Assembly (NCBI GenBank): GCA_965204795.1
Contig: OZ242012.1
Location: 595,639 to 659,638 of the forward strand
DNA: 64,000 nucleotides
From: Thermodesulfobacteriota bacterium
GTDB taxonomy: Bacteria; Desulfobacterota_D; UBA1144; Nemesobacterales; Nemesobacteraceae
Direction of reading: 5' to 3'
Shown: positions 38,675 through 48,971 of the stretch, piece after piece
Layout: the number at the start of each line of letters is the position of its first letter
Numbering within the stretch: the stretch's first letter is position 1
Translations under genes and position numbers: made by a program
The notes under the pieces: model-generated
The model's database searches: none
Seen by the model: only the letters and a program-made list of their open reading frames with translations
What the model was told of the DNA's origin: nothing

Positions 38675-39744
38675 GCGGGCCGCGGCCGAAAAAGCTTTTC
38701 GTCTACGGAACCCTTCGCAAGGGAGAGACGAGAAGCGGGTGCCTCAAGCCGTGCCGGCTTGCGAGGGTCGTGAAAATCTCGGGCGCTCTCTACCTCACCC
38801 GCTTCGGCTATCCGGCCTGCGTGCTGGGAGAACCTTCTTCCCCGGGAATCTGGGGAGAACTCTACGACCTTCCCGGGGATTCGGAGAGTTTCATGGAAGA
38901 GATCGACCGCGTCGAGGGCGTCGGCGAGGGGCTTTTTTCAAGGGCGTCGGCGCGCCACGGCGGGGATTTTTTCTACGTTTACGAGGCGGGTCCGAAGATC
39001 AGGGGGAAAATCCGCGGGGAAGATCTTCTGGAAAGCGGCAACTGGCTTTTCGGTCCGAGTCTTTCGAGAAAGGACCCTTTTTCCTTCGCCCTGGGTTTCG
39101 AGAGCGTTCACGAGCGCTACTACAGGATGGAGCCCGAAGGCGGCCGCGGGGAGACGGTTTATCTCGAGGGGGAATCCCCTGTTCTGGTCACCTGTCCGCA
39201 TTCCGCCGTCCACGTGAGAATGGGGAAACCGAAGCGTCACGAATTCTACACGGCGGCGCTCGGGACGATACTGCATTCCGCCCTGGGCTGCCACTGTCTT
39301 TACGCCGACAGGCGGCAGGAAACGGATCCGAACTACAGCGACGACTGCGGTTTCAAGGACGCCGTCGGGAAAATTCTTTCGGAAAGGAAAATAGAACTCG
39401 TCGTGGACCTCCACGGCACGGGCAACGAAAGGCCGGAGGATCTTTTTCCCGGTGCGGGCGGAGACGGAGAGTTTCTTCTGGGAAACGCGGGCATTCTCCG
39501 CGGGTTCTATTCGTGCGCGGAAAAGCGCGGGATCCCGGCCGGAAGCCCCGACGTGTTTCCGGCCGCGAGACAGATGACCGTGGCGAAGTTCGCCGCCAGG
39601 CGGTTTTCGGTTCCCTCAATACAGGTCGAGATAAGCGACAGGCTCAGAATGCCCAAGGTTCGGGAAGAGGAATTTCGAAACCTTGTAGGTTTTCTGCTGG
39701 AGTTCGTCGGGAATGCCTGCGGAGAAAGGATTCTCCGTCCATGA
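38671..39744 (+). CDS. Fusion protein: N-terminal gamma-glutamylcyclotransferase-like (AIG2/GGACT) domain plus C-terminal N-formylglutamate-amidohydrolase-like domain
   Basis: LFVYGTLRKGE (GGCT-like) at the N-terminus; VLVTCPHSAVH ... VVDLHGTG (FGase-like) in the C-terminal half. ATGA overlap with the upstream amidohydrolase. Confidence 0.5.
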   Translation: MSGPRPKKLFVYGTLRKGETRSGCLKPCRLARVVKISGALYLTRFGYPACVLGEPSSPGIWGELYDLPGDSESFMEEIDRVEGVGEGLFSRASARHGGDFFYVYEAGPKIRGKIRGEDLLESGNWLFGPSLSRKDPFSFALGFESVHERYYRMEPEGGRGETVYLEGESPVLVTCPHSAVHVRMGKPKRHEFYTAALGTILHSALGCHCLYADRRQETDPNYSDDCGFKDAVGKILSERKIELVVDLHGTGNERPEDLFPGAGGDGEFLLGNAGILRGFYSCAEKRGIPAGSPDVFPAARQMTVAKFAARRFSVPSIQVEISDRLRMPKVREEEFRNLVGFLLEFVGNACGERILRP

Positions 39745-39790
39745 AAAAAACCCCGAACCGGCGTTGCGGAAAACGCCGTTCGGGGTTTTG
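39744..39790. terminator. Bidirectional intrinsic terminator between convergent genes
   Basis: A7 - CCCCGAACCGGCGTT - loop - AACGCCGTTCGGGG - TTTT. Confidence 0.7.
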
Positions 39791-39825
39791 ATGTCGTGGG
39801 GCGGCGCGACGGCCGCTCCTTTGAT

Positions 39826-42396
39826 TCAGAAGTACATGCGCGTGACCAGACCGAACGTGCGAGGCTGGATCACACGGTACGAGAGCCGGGCCCGTCCGCC
39901 TCGCTCGCGGTCAAACGAAAGCCGCGCGTTTTTGTCCGTGAGATTTTTCACGTAGAGCATGAACTCCAGGTTCCTGTAAACCAGACCCGTGCTCAGGTTG
40001 ATCAGGTGATACGGGTCGAGTATCAGGTCCAGGGTCGTGGTCTCATCTCCCGTCAGGCCGCCGAATCCCGGCAACCTGTCGTTGGGGTCTGGAGTGCTGT
40101 GGTTGGGTCGGTGGAGGCTGTGTGTGAATGTTCCGGCGCCTTCCACCTGGTCGCCCGGCTGCGTGATCTGGCTGCCCACGTACTGCCAGGCGGCCGTCAG
40201 GTATCCCTCGTCGGCCTTCAGAATGCCAGGGAAGGTGTAAGTGGCGGAAGCCGAGAGCTGCCAGTCGGGCACCGAAGGCAGGCGGTTGCCCTTCTTGATT
40301 CCCAGCAGCGCGTTGTCTCCCGTGGTGTCTGTTATCGTTGAATCGAATCTCCCCCGCACGTAGCTTCCGGCGAACGTGAACAGAAGGGAATCGACTGGCT
40401 GCGTTGAAAGCTCAACCTCCGACCCCACCGTGTGAGCCTCGGGAACGCTGATGGTGACGCGCGAGGAACAGGAGCCCGCGTCCACGTTCACGCCCAGGTT
40501 CTTGATGTCGGTGTAGAAGACCGAGGCGTTGAGCGTTACCGGTTCGAACTGTGATTTGAAACCGAACTCGTAGTTCCAGAGGGTTTCGTCTTCAAACTCT
40601 TGGAACCTGCGGAAAGTGTCGTAGCTTTCTTGGCAGAGAAGCTGGTTCAGGGGATCGTTCACGCCGCCGAGACGAAATCCCCTTGAAACCTGTGCGTTTA
40701 CGGCGACCTGATCCGCGACCTTGTAGTTAGCCATGAAACGCGGCGCGAATCCGTTGGAACTCGTGGTGACCTCCTGATTCTGCGCGGCCGAATTCGAGAA
40801 TACTCCGCCGGACTTGAAAGTCTTGTCCTCCTTCCAGTCGTACCACCGAAGTCCCGCCGTCAGGTCCAGGCGGTCGAGAAGCGTAAGCGTCGACTCGCCG
40901 AACAGCGCGACCTGCCTCAGGTCGTACGTAAGGTCTGACACGTATGGAGAATCCGTGTCGGGAAAACCGTTTCGCGACCTGTCGTGCGCTTCTTTTCCCA
41001 CAAGAGGACTTGCGTCTACAAAAACATCGTACCCGGGCGTGGGAAGCCTCTGTCCGTAGTCTCGGTCCGTCTTCGAGTAGAACACGCCGCCCAGCCACTG
41101 AAGTATGCTTTCGTTGTTGGAGGCGAAGTGCACTTCGTGGGTCATCTGCTTGAGGTCTGTCGTGTCGCGCAGGTTGGAAGGCAGAAGTACCGCCTCGTCC
41201 GCAAACGCGAGAGGATTTACGCTTACGCTTCCAGAAAGCGCGCTCGCGTCGCGGCTGACCAGTATGTCGCGCTTGGTATAGCTGAACATGTATTTTACGC
41301 TGAGCAGGTTTTCCAGCGCCATTTCCGCCACGGTGTCCGTAATCAGGGTCTTGTCCTCGAATCCCTCGTCGCGCAGCAGGTACTGCTGGCGCTTGCCCAG
41401 AGTGACAGGGGTGCGGGTGGTCGTGTAGGGATTGGCGTAAAGGTTGAAGACCTCGTCTCGGTTAAAGCCGTTCATGTCTATGTTCTGGTAGACGATGCGC
41501 GGGGTGACGGAGATATTGTCCGTGGGCTGAAACAGCAGGGACAGGCGGCCGCCGAAGCGTCTGCCGTTGTTCACGTTCTCTTTCGTTCCTCCCGTTTCGC
41601 GAAGCGCGTCGATGAAGCCCGCGTATTTCGTCCCGTAGGCGACCATGCGCACGGCCGCCGTCTCTCCCAGGGGAACGTTGAAGGCCGTTTTGAGATGACC
41701 TCCAAACGAGTCTTTGCCGACGAGGTTCATGTCGACTTCGGACTTGGTTTCGACGACGCCCAGCTGCGGCTGGTTGGTTATGTAGCGCACGGTGCCGCCG
41801 ATGGAGCCGGAACCGAAAAGCGTGCCCTGAGGTCCTCTCAGGGTCTCGACGCGGTTCAGGTCGAACAGGTCGAGGTCGGGCGTGAAAAGCGAAAGCGAGA
41901 TCGGAGTTTCGTCCAGGTAGACTCCCACCTGCTCCTTCACTCCCGGCTGGTCGCGCACTATCTGTCCCGAGGAAACGCCGCGGATGTTCACGACGCTCTG
42001 TCCGGGTCCGAGATTCTGTATGGAAAGTCCCGCAACGTTGTTCGCAAGCTCTTCGATGTTGGCGGTGTTGAGGCGCTGAAGTTCTTCTTCGGACTGCACG
42101 TTAACGGAAAAACCGACGTCCTGCACGTCCGACTCCCTCCTGGTGGCAGTCACTATCATCTTCTCCAGGCCGTAGCCTCCGGACATCCGCGGGTCCGCGT
42201 CGTCGCTCGAATAATCTTGGCCGGTCGAAGAGCTCTGGCCGTCCGAGGCTTTTTCGGCCTGCGAAACGACGGTTGAATCCGCGTCGTCCATACCGCCGGC
42301 GACGGCGCTCGAAGTCATGGTAAGCAGAATAAAAAACGAAACGACCGCGAAAATCCCCGCGGCCGCGTAAAAGCGAGCGTGTTCCTTCATCTCCAA
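39826..42396 (-). CDS. TonB-dependent outer-membrane receptor
   Basis: Signal peptide, plug and 22-strand barrel-length protein (856 aa), C-terminal ...RMYF terminal Phe. An extended -10 TGTTATAAT lies upstream. Confidence 0.9.
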   Translation of the reverse strand: MEMKEHARFYAAAGIFAVVSFFILLTMTSSAVAGGMDDADSTVVSQAEKASDGQSSSTGQDYSSDDADPRMSGGYGLEKMIVTATRRESDVQDVGFSVNVQSEEELQRLNTANIEELANNVAGLSIQNLGPGQSVVNIRGVSSGQIVRDQPGVKEQVGVYLDETPISLSLFTPDLDLFDLNRVETLRGPQGTLFGSGSIGGTVRYITNQPQLGVVETKSEVDMNLVGKDSFGGHLKTAFNVPLGETAAVRMVAYGTKYAGFIDALRETGGTKENVNNGRRFGGRLSLLFQPTDNISVTPRIVYQNIDMNGFNRDEVFNLYANPYTTTRTPVTLGKRQQYLLRDEGFEDKTLITDTVAEMALENLLSVKYMFSYTKRDILVSRDASALSGSVSVNPLAFADEAVLLPSNLRDTTDLKQMTHEVHFASNNESILQWLGGVFYSKTDRDYGQRLPTPGYDVFVDASPLVGKEAHDRSRNGFPDTDSPYVSDLTYDLRQVALFGESTLTLLDRLDLTAGLRWYDWKEDKTFKSGGVFSNSAAQNQEVTTSSNGFAPRFMANYKVADQVAVNAQVSRGFRLGGVNDPLNQLLCQESYDTFRRFQEFEDETLWNYEFGFKSQFEPVTLNASVFYTDIKNLGVNVDAGSCSSRVTISVPEAHTVGSEVELSTQPVDSLLFTFAGSYVRGRFDSTITDTTGDNALLGIKKGNRLPSVPDWQLSASATYTFPGILKADEGYLTAAWQYVGSQITQPGDQVEGAGTFTHSLHRPNHSTPDPNDRLPGFGGLTGDETTTLDLILDPYHLINLSTGLVYRNLEFMLYVKNLTDKNARLSFDRERGGRARLSYRVIQPRTFGLVTRMYF

Positions 42397-42543
42397 TGTA
42401 CTCCTCCCTCGTAAATGTTTCCCGTCGGGACCTTCGGTAGTCGCGACGGCTCAACCTGAAAACCCATTATAACAGAAAAACTCCCCGTAATCCACAACGG
42501 AAATAGCGCCCTGCGGCGTCGGGGGGAAACGCGGGCGGAATTT

Positions 42544-43377
42544 TCAGTCCCGAAGAACGTCCAGTTTTCCTTTCTCCGGTATGACTCCCTTCTTCCACGC
42601 CTTCTCGAAAAGAAGCTCGAGAGCCGCGGTTCCGCTCTCTCCCATGTCCCTCGTCCATTCGTTGACGTACATGAGAACGAACTTCTCTCCGGTGTCCTCG
42701 GCCATCCCCCTTCCGAAGCGCATCGCGTAGCCCAGAGCCTCCTTCCTGTTTGAAAGCGCGTACTCTATGCTCTCCCTGTGAACGCACAGGACTTCGGAGT
42801 CGAGTCCGTCGCCTATGTCCCTTCGCAGTACGTTCAGTCCGAGCGGCATGGGAAGGTCGGTCTCTTTCGCCCACTCGGCCCCCAGGTCCAGCAGAAGCTC
42901 GAGACCGAGATCCCCGTACGTGAGCTGTCCCTCGTGTATCAAAAGCCCGGCGTCCGTCTCTCCCGCGAGCACCTTGTCCATGATCCGGTCGAAGGGAACC
43001 TCCACGGGAACGAAGCCGTCGGCGTGGAGCAGCAGCAGGAGGTAGGCTGTGGTGAGCTTTCCCGGCACCGCGACGGTCTTTCCCCGAAGACCTGTGAGCT
43101 TTTTCTTCGAGACCACCACGGGGCCGCAGCCGTCTCCCATGCTGGCTCCGCAGGAGAGAATCCTGTAGCGGTCCTGGACGCCCAGGTACGCGTGGGCGGA
43201 AATCGCCGTGACCTCGAGCTCTCCTCCGAGCGCCCTGCGGTTAAGCGACTGTATGTCCTCTATCACGTGTTCGAAATTGATTCTTTCGCAGGACACCTTC
43301 CCGCTGGCTATCGCGTAGAACATGAAGGCGTCGTCGGCGTCCGGGCTGTGTCCGAGCCTCATCTTTCGTTTTTCCAT
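42544..43377 (-). CDS. mqnD: 1,4-dihydroxy-6-naphthoate synthase-like (MqnD family)
   Basis: LGHSPDADDAFMFYA resembles the MqnD SPCPNDTF motif. GGGAGA SD. The longer listed ORF (to 43551) overlaps mqnA. Confidence 0.65.
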   Translation of the reverse strand: MEKRKMRLGHSPDADDAFMFYAIASGKVSCERINFEHVIEDIQSLNRRALGGELEVTAISAHAYLGVQDRYRILSCGASMGDGCGPVVVSKKKLTGLRGKTVAVPGKLTTAYLLLLLHADGFVPVEVPFDRIMDKVLAGETDAGLLIHEGQLTYGDLGLELLLDLGAEWAKETDLPMPLGLNVLRRDIGDGLDSEVLCVHRESIEYALSNRKEALGYAMRFGRGMAEDTGEKFVLMYVNEWTRDMGESGTAALELLFEKAWKKGVIPEKGKLDVLRD

Positions 43378-44213
43378 TCTCGTCTCCCTTGCGGTCGTTT
43401 CCGCGCTTCTGCGGGTTCGGAGTAGAAATCCACTCCGCCTCCGCCTTCCATCTCTCCGAGACGGGCGAGAAGTTCGCGGTACTTCGAAAGCCCCTCGATC
43501 TCGGGACCTCCGAGACCGTACCTTATCCTCCGCCCCAGGTAGGTCTCGCACTGCTCCCTCCGGAGTCCGAGTCTTTGCGCCTCCGCCCCGGCTATCTCGG
43601 ATACCATCTCCACTCCCCTGTCCCTAGCCTCGAGAAGGCGCCGGTCGACGTCTCCGAGGCGGGCTCCCTTTCTGGCGGCGAAGAGGGCGTACACGAAGGG
43701 AAGGCCAGTCTCCCTGGTCCATATCTCCCCGAGGTCGTAGGCGAGGGGAAAGCCCTCGCGGCCCAGGTGAAGGGCCCTGAGGCCCCGGTCGCCTATGAGC
43801 ATTCCGGCGTCCACCCCGTCGAGAAAGCCGTTTCCCGGGTCCCGCCTCGCGTACTCGGGCGAGACGCCGAGGAAAAGCTCGAAGACGATCCTGAGAAGCG
43901 CCGCCGAGCTTCTGGATCCCCCGTCCACCGAGACCTTTCTCACGGCGGTCATCTCCCTCTTGGAGACCAGCACGACGCTGTCGACCTTTCCGAAAGACGA
44001 TATGGAGATGCCGGGCATCGCCGCCAGGTCGTCGCTTCGCAGAAGCTCAACGGAGGGAACGAGCCCCACGTCCACCGCTCCCCCGGCGAGCTTTTCGGTG
44101 AGGACCGAAGGCTCGAAGCGCATCACGTTGAAGCCGCCCGCGCCGCCTTTTTCGAGAGCGCGGACGAGGGGCGCGGCGTTTAGAAACGGCACTGTTCCCA
44201 GGTTTATCTGCAA
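43359..44213 (-). CDS. mqnA: Chorismate dehydratase (MqnA family), futalosine pathway
   Basis: MQINLGTVPFLNAAPL N-terminal signature. Confidence 0.75.
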   Translation of the reverse strand: MQINLGTVPFLNAAPLVRALEKGGAGGFNVMRFEPSVLTEKLAGGAVDVGLVPSVELLRSDDLAAMPGISISSFGKVDSVVLVSKREMTAVRKVSVDGGSRSSAALLRIVFELFLGVSPEYARRDPGNGFLDGVDAGMLIGDRGLRALHLGREGFPLAYDLGEIWTRETGLPFVYALFAARKGARLGDVDRRLLEARDRGVEMVSEIAGAEAQRLGLRREQCETYLGRRIRYGLGGPEIEGLSKYRELLARLGEMEGGGGVDFYSEPAEARKRPQGRREWKNER

Positions 44214-44232
44214 GCCGGGTCCTCGGTTTCCT

Positions 44233-45225
44233 TCAGTTTCTGTTCCACGGGGAGGGAAGGAATATCCTTTCGTAGAGAGAAAGCGCGTAGAGGTCGCTCA
44301 TTCCCGCTATGAAGTCGCACACCGACCTCTCGAGCGTGTCCTCCTCCCTCGCGGGCATCCCGCAGGTCTCCCGAAACGCCTTTTCGTTCGCGCAGAAGTA
44401 CCCGTAAAGCTCCTGCACCACCTTTTTCGACCTCTCGTGAAGCTCGAGAAGCCTCTCGCTCGCGTAGACGTTCTCGTAGAGATACATGCGAAGTCCCGAG
44501 AGGGCCTCGAACACCCCGTCGCTCATCGCCACCCGCCTCTCTCCGCTCATCGCCGTGCGCTCCACTATGTCCCCGACCATCGTGTTCACCCTCTGCGAGG
44601 CCGTGTTCCCGAGAACCGACACGTACTGGCGCGGGACGTCGCCCGCGGCGATTATTCCCGAGCGGACGGCGTCGTCGAGATCGTGGTTGGCGTAGGCGAC
44701 CAGGTCGGCGATCTTGGTCACCTGGCCCTCCATCGTCCCCGGCCTGTTCTCCTCGGTGTCTATTCCCTCCTTTCCCCATCCCTTGGAGTGCTTGGCGATT
44801 CCCTCCCTCACCTCGAGCGTGAGGTTAAGGCCCGCCCCTCCGCGCTCTAGCACCTCCACGACCCGCATGCTCTGGCGGACGTGCCTGAATCCCCCGGGAA
44901 CCACCTCGTCGAGTCCCTCCTCGCCCGAGTGGCCGAAGGGGGTGTGTCCTATGTCGTGGCCGAGGGCGACGGCCTCGGTCAGGTCCTCGTTCAGCAGAAG
45001 CGCCCTAGAGATCGTCCTGGCTATCTGGGAGACCTCGATCACGTGCGTGAGCCTCGTGCGGTAGTGGTCGTTTGTGGGGGAGATGAACACCTGGGTCTTG
45101 TGCTTCAGCCTGCGAAACGCCTTGGAATGCACTATCCTGTCGCGGTCCCTCTGGAAGCACGTTCTTATGGAGCACTCCTTTTCCGCGACGGCCCTTCCCG
45201 CCGATTCGCGGCTGAGGATCGCCAT
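44233..45225 (-). CDS. dGTPase-like HD-domain phosphohydrolase
   Basis: HSKAFRRL...RLTHVIEVSQIAR...HDIGHTPFGH HD motifs. Start chosen at MAILSRE. Confidence 0.85.
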   Translation of the reverse strand: MAILSRESAGRAVAEKECSIRTCFQRDRDRIVHSKAFRRLKHKTQVFISPTNDHYRTRLTHVIEVSQIARTISRALLLNEDLTEAVALGHDIGHTPFGHSGEEGLDEVVPGGFRHVRQSMRVVEVLERGGAGLNLTLEVREGIAKHSKGWGKEGIDTEENRPGTMEGQVTKIADLVAYANHDLDDAVRSGIIAAGDVPRQYVSVLGNTASQRVNTMVGDIVERTAMSGERRVAMSDGVFEALSGLRMYLYENVYASERLLELHERSKKVVQELYGYFCANEKAFRETCGMPAREEDTLERSVCDFIAGMSDLYALSLYERIFLPSPWNRN

Positions 45226-45292
45226 GGGGGAAAGCGTCCTTCTTTCGTTCTCTTCTGTCCGTCGCCGTACGAGCAAGGTTTCCGTACCTCTC

Positions 45293-46051
45293 CTAGTCCG
45301 TTCTCACCGCCACTCCCGCGCGGGAGAGAAACTCCTTGGCCTCGCCTATGGAGTGCTTGCCGTAGTGGAAAATGGACGCGCAGAGCACGGCGTCGGCCTT
45401 TCCCTTCTCCACGGCCTCGAGCAGGTGCGGGAGACGCCCCGCCCCTCCGGAGGCTATGACCGGGACGCCCACGGCCGAGGACACCCCGGCGGTGAGCTCG
45501 AGATCGTACCCGTCCTCGGTGCCGTCGCGGTCCATGCTGGTGAGAAGTATCTCCCCCGCGCCGAAACTTTCCATCTTCCGTGCCCACCCGAGCGCGTCAA
45601 TGCCCGTGGGTTTTCTCCCGCCGTGGGTGAACACCTCCCATCCGTCCCCGCTTCGCCTGGCGTCTATGGCCACCACCACGCACTGGCTTCCGAACTTGGC
45701 CGAGACCCGCCCGACGAAATCCGGGTCGGCGACCGCCGCGGTGTTCACGGCCACCTTGTCCGCCCCCGCCAGCAGAAGGGCCCTCACGTCCTCCACCGTC
45801 CTTATTCCCCCTCCCACCGTGAGGGGCACGAACACCTCTCCCGCCGCGCGCTCCACCACGTCTATCATCGTCTTTCTGTTCTCGTGGGAGGCCGTGATGT
45901 CGAGAAACGTTATCTCGTCGGCTCCCTCCTCGCCGTACCTTCGGGCCGCCTCCACGGGGTCGCCCGCGTCCCTGAGGTCGACGAAGCGCACGCCCTTCAC
46001 CACCCTTCCGTCCTTCACGTCGAGACACGGTATTATTCTCTTGCAGACCAT
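45293..46051 (-). CDS. hisF: Imidazole glycerol phosphate synthase cyclase subunit
   Basis: [17 protein letters not shown], canonical HisF (beta/alpha)8 motifs. Confidence 0.95.
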   Translation of the reverse strand: MVCKRIIPCLDVKDGRVVKGVRFVDLRDAGDPVEAARRYGEEGADEITFLDITASHENRKTMIDVVERAAGEVFVPLTVGGGIRTVEDVRALLLAGADKVAVNTAAVADPDFVGRVSAKFGSQCVVVAIDARRSGDGWEVFTHGGRKPTGIDALGWARKMESFGAGEILLTSMDRDGTEDGYDLELTAGVSSAVGVPVIASGGAGRLPHLLEAVEKGKADAVLCASIFHYGKHSIGEAKEFLSRAGVAVRTD

Positions 46052-46774
46052 CTACCCGAACCTTCGTATGCTCTCGGCGAGATCTATCGAACCCGAGTAG
46101 AGGGATTTTCCGAGTATCGCGCCCGCGAGCCTCCCGCCGCCGATGGACGCCATCTCCTCGAGGTCCGAAACCGAGGCCACGCCGCCCGACGCGATCACCG
46201 GCAGGGGGCACTCGTCGAGAAAGCTCCTTATCGAATCCGCGTCCACTCCCTCCATCGTTCCGTCGCGGTCCACGTCGGTGCGTACGACGAGCGAGACGCC
46301 CATGTCGGCGAACTCGCGGGTAGTTTCCGCGACTCCCGCGTCGGTCACTTCCTTCCATCCGCGAAGGGCTATCTTTCCCCCCCTGGTGTCCACTCCCACC
46401 GCTATCTTTCCGGGAAACCTCCGGCACGCCTCCCTGAGAAACTTCCCGTCGGTAAACGCCGAGGTGCCCAGTATCACCCTCCGCGCGCCGGCCTCGAGGT
46501 ACCTTTCCACCGATGCCATGTTCCTTATTCCCCCTCCCACCTGGACGCTCGAGGAAACGGAGCGGACTATCTCCTCCACCGCGGCGGAATTGACGGGACT
46601 TCCGCGAAACGCACCGTCGAGGTCAACGACGTGAATCCACTCGGCCCCGCACGCCTCCCACCGCTTCGCCGTCCGGGGCGGGTCGTCGGAAAACACCGTC
46701 TCGGTGCCTTCCAGCCCCCTGACCAGCCGCACGCAGTTTCCGTCCTTTAGGTCTATGGCGGGTATGATCGTCAA
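46052..46774 (-). CDS. hisA: ProFAR isomerase
   Basis: IIPAIDLKDGNCVRL, GGGIR, SGGVAS motifs. Confidence 0.95.
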   Translation of the reverse strand: MTIIPAIDLKDGNCVRLVRGLEGTETVFSDDPPRTAKRWEACGAEWIHVVDLDGAFRGSPVNSAAVEEIVRSVSSSVQVGGGIRNMASVERYLEAGARRVILGTSAFTDGKFLREACRRFPGKIAVGVDTRGGKIALRGWKEVTDAGVAETTREFADMGVSLVVRTDVDRDGTMEGVDADSIRSFLDECPLPVIASGGVASVSDLEEMASIGGGRLAGAILGKSLYSGSIDLAESIRRFG

Positions 46775-46899
46775 CGCTGGGTCTCCTCGGGCGCCGGGGC
46801 CGCCTGCGGAACGCGGCCGGCAAGGGGTCTAAAATACCTGACCGCGCCGCCCGGTAAAACACGGCTTCGGGGAAATTTCCGCCCCGCCCGGCTCTGGCA

Positions 46900-47346
46900 A
46901 TGGTCCCGCGCGCCGTCTATAATTACGGGGCGGTGAACCACTGGCTCGTGAAATCCGAACCCTTCAAGTACTCGTGGGACGAGTTTCTGCGCGACGGGTG
47001 GACGTACTGGGACGGGGTGAGAAACTACCAGGCGAGAAACAACCTCATGAGCATGAGGAAGGGGGACCTCGTTCTTTTCTATCACAGCAACGAGGGACTG
47101 GAAGTCGTGGGAATATCGAGGGTGAGAAGGGAGCACTACCAGGACCCCACGACCGAAGATCCCAGGTGGGTCGTGGTGGACCTCGAGCCCGTGGAGACCC
47201 TGGCCGCCCCGGTGACGCTCGCGAGAATAAAGGCCGAGCCGGGGCTCGGCGACGTCGCCCTCGTCAGGCAGAGCAGGCTTTCGGTGATGCGGCTCGAAAA
47301 GGAGCATTACGACGCCATAGTGGAGATGGGAAGGCGGGGGGAATGA
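46900..47346 (+). CDS. EVE (PUA-like) domain protein
   Basis: NHWLVKSEPFKYSWDEF...GDLVLFYHS pattern typical of EVE domains. True start may be the GTG at VNHW. Confidence 0.65.
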   Translation: MVPRAVYNYGAVNHWLVKSEPFKYSWDEFLRDGWTYWDGVRNYQARNNLMSMRKGDLVLFYHSNEGLEVVGISRVRREHYQDPTTEDPRWVVVDLEPVETLAAPVTLARIKAEPGLGDVALVRQSRLSVMRLEKEHYDAIVEMGRRGE

Positions 47347-47452
47347 CCGCCCCCGCCGCCCGCTTCGCCTCCGCCCCCCGCGCCCGGCGTTTCCCGCCCC
47401 GCCCCGTTTGCGTTATACTTACGGCGGCGCGCGGTTTCCCGCCCTTCGCTCC

Positions 47453-48943
47453 ATGAACACTCAACTCGTAATCAATTCCCTCTCCGGCGAGACCAGGATA
47501 GCGGTGCTCGAAAAAAGCAGGCTCAGCGAGCTTTTCATCGAGAGAAAGTCCGGCTCCTCCATGTCGGGAAACATCTACAAGGGGAAGGTGGAGAAGATAG
47601 TTCCCGGCGTTCAGGCGGCGTTTGTGGACATAGGTACGGCGAAGTCGGGGTTTCTCTCCGCCGAGGACGTGTACGAGGAGTCTCCTAGCGAGCTTTTTCT
47701 CGAAGAGGGGGAAGGGGCCGGAACTTCGCGAAAAAACCGCCAGCCCATACAGGAGGCGCTTCGCGAGGGCCAGGAGGTCATGGTGCAGGCGGTCAAGGAG
47801 CCCACGGGAACCAAGGGACCCAAGCTCACCTGCCGCGTGGGAATACCGGGCAAGTATCTCGTTCTGCTTCCCGCGTCGGACGCGGTGAGCGTCTCGCGCA
47901 AGATAACCGACGCGGGGCAGAGAAAGAGGCTTTCCGGGATAATGGAGAAAAGGCCCCGCAACATGGGCGTCATACTCAGAACCGCTTGCGCCGGGGCGGA
48001 GGAGGGGGAGATAAGGGCCGAGATGAAGTCGCTAGCCGCCAAGTGGAGGAGGATAAGGAAAAAGTACGAGTCCTCCAGGTCCCCGCGCAGGCTTTACGAG
48101 GAATCGAGCGTCTCGGTGAGGGTCGTGCGGGACGTCATGGGAAACGGCCTGAAGAAGATCGTCGTGGATTCCCCCAGGACCCACGCCGAGATATCGAAGT
48201 ACTTTTCCGACGGGATAGAGAAGGGGAATTTCAGGGTCGACCTATACGGAAAGAGCGAGCCGATATTCGAGAGATACGGAATCGAAAGCCAGATAGAGAA
48301 GATGTACCGCAGGCAGGTGTGGATGAAGTCCGGCGGGTACCTGATCATAGACGAGGCCGAGGGGCTTACCGTGGTGGACGTGAATTCCGGCAGGTTCGTC
48401 GGCGAGGAGGCTCACGAGCAGACCATACTGAAGACCAACAGGGAAGCCGCCGTGGAGACCGCCAGGCAGATAAGGCTCAGAAACCTCGTGGGGATAATAG
48501 TGATCGACTTCATAGACATGCGGTCCCAGAAGTCTAGAAGGAAGATAGAGTCGCTTTTCTTCGAGGAGATGGCGAAGGACAAGGCGCGAAGCACCATCCA
48601 GAAGATGTCCTCTTTCGGCGTCGTGCAGCTCACCAGGCGCAGGGTGAGGGAAAGCGTGCTGTCGGACCTTACCGAACCCTGCGGGGAGTGCGGGGGAAGC
48701 GGCAGGGTGAAGTCCGTGATCACGCTCTGCTACGAGATACTCAGGGACATTGACCGCCGCGCGGGGGCGGGGGGCGCGGCGGAGCTTGCCGTGCGCGCCG
48801 ACGGCAAGGTGATAGACGCGCTCAGGAAAACGGAGGGAAAGGCGCTGAGGAAAATTCAGAAGGAAAGGAGCGTCAGGATAAGGTTCGTGGAGACGGAGGA
48901 TTCTCCCGAGGAGTTCAGCGTGACGGAGGAGCGGGTTTCCTGA
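47453..48943 (+). CDS. rng: Rne/Rng-family ribonuclease (RNase G-like)
   Basis: S1 domain plus RNase E/G catalytic core (DVNSGRFVG, C-terminal CGECGGSG zinc-link motif). Confidence 0.85.
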   Translation: MNTQLVINSLSGETRIAVLEKSRLSELFIERKSGSSMSGNIYKGKVEKIVPGVQAAFVDIGTAKSGFLSAEDVYEESPSELFLEEGEGAGTSRKNRQPIQEALREGQEVMVQAVKEPTGTKGPKLTCRVGIPGKYLVLLPASDAVSVSRKITDAGQRKRLSGIMEKRPRNMGVILRTACAGAEEGEIRAEMKSLAAKWRRIRKKYESSRSPRRLYEESSVSVRVVRDVMGNGLKKIVVDSPRTHAEISKYFSDGIEKGNFRVDLYGKSEPIFERYGIESQIEKMYRRQVWMKSGGYLIIDEAEGLTVVDVNSGRFVGEEAHEQTILKTNREAAVETARQIRLRNLVGIIVIDFIDMRSQKSRRKIESLFFEEMAKDKARSTIQKMSSFGVVQLTRRRVRESVLSDLTEPCGECGGSGRVKSVITLCYEILRDIDRRAGAGGAAELAVRADGKVIDALRKTEGKALRKIQKERSVRIRFVETEDSPEEFSVTEERVS

Positions 48944-48971
48944 CCGGTTCGGGGGAGCGCGGAGAGCGGAA

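Noticed and set aside
42397-42543. Possible riboswitch (for example cobalamin) in the leader of the TonB-dependent receptor
   Set aside because: The leader after the TGTTATAAT element is only about 80 nt, too short for a cobalamin or other common TonB-associated riboswitch, and no conserved riboswitch core motifs were recognised.
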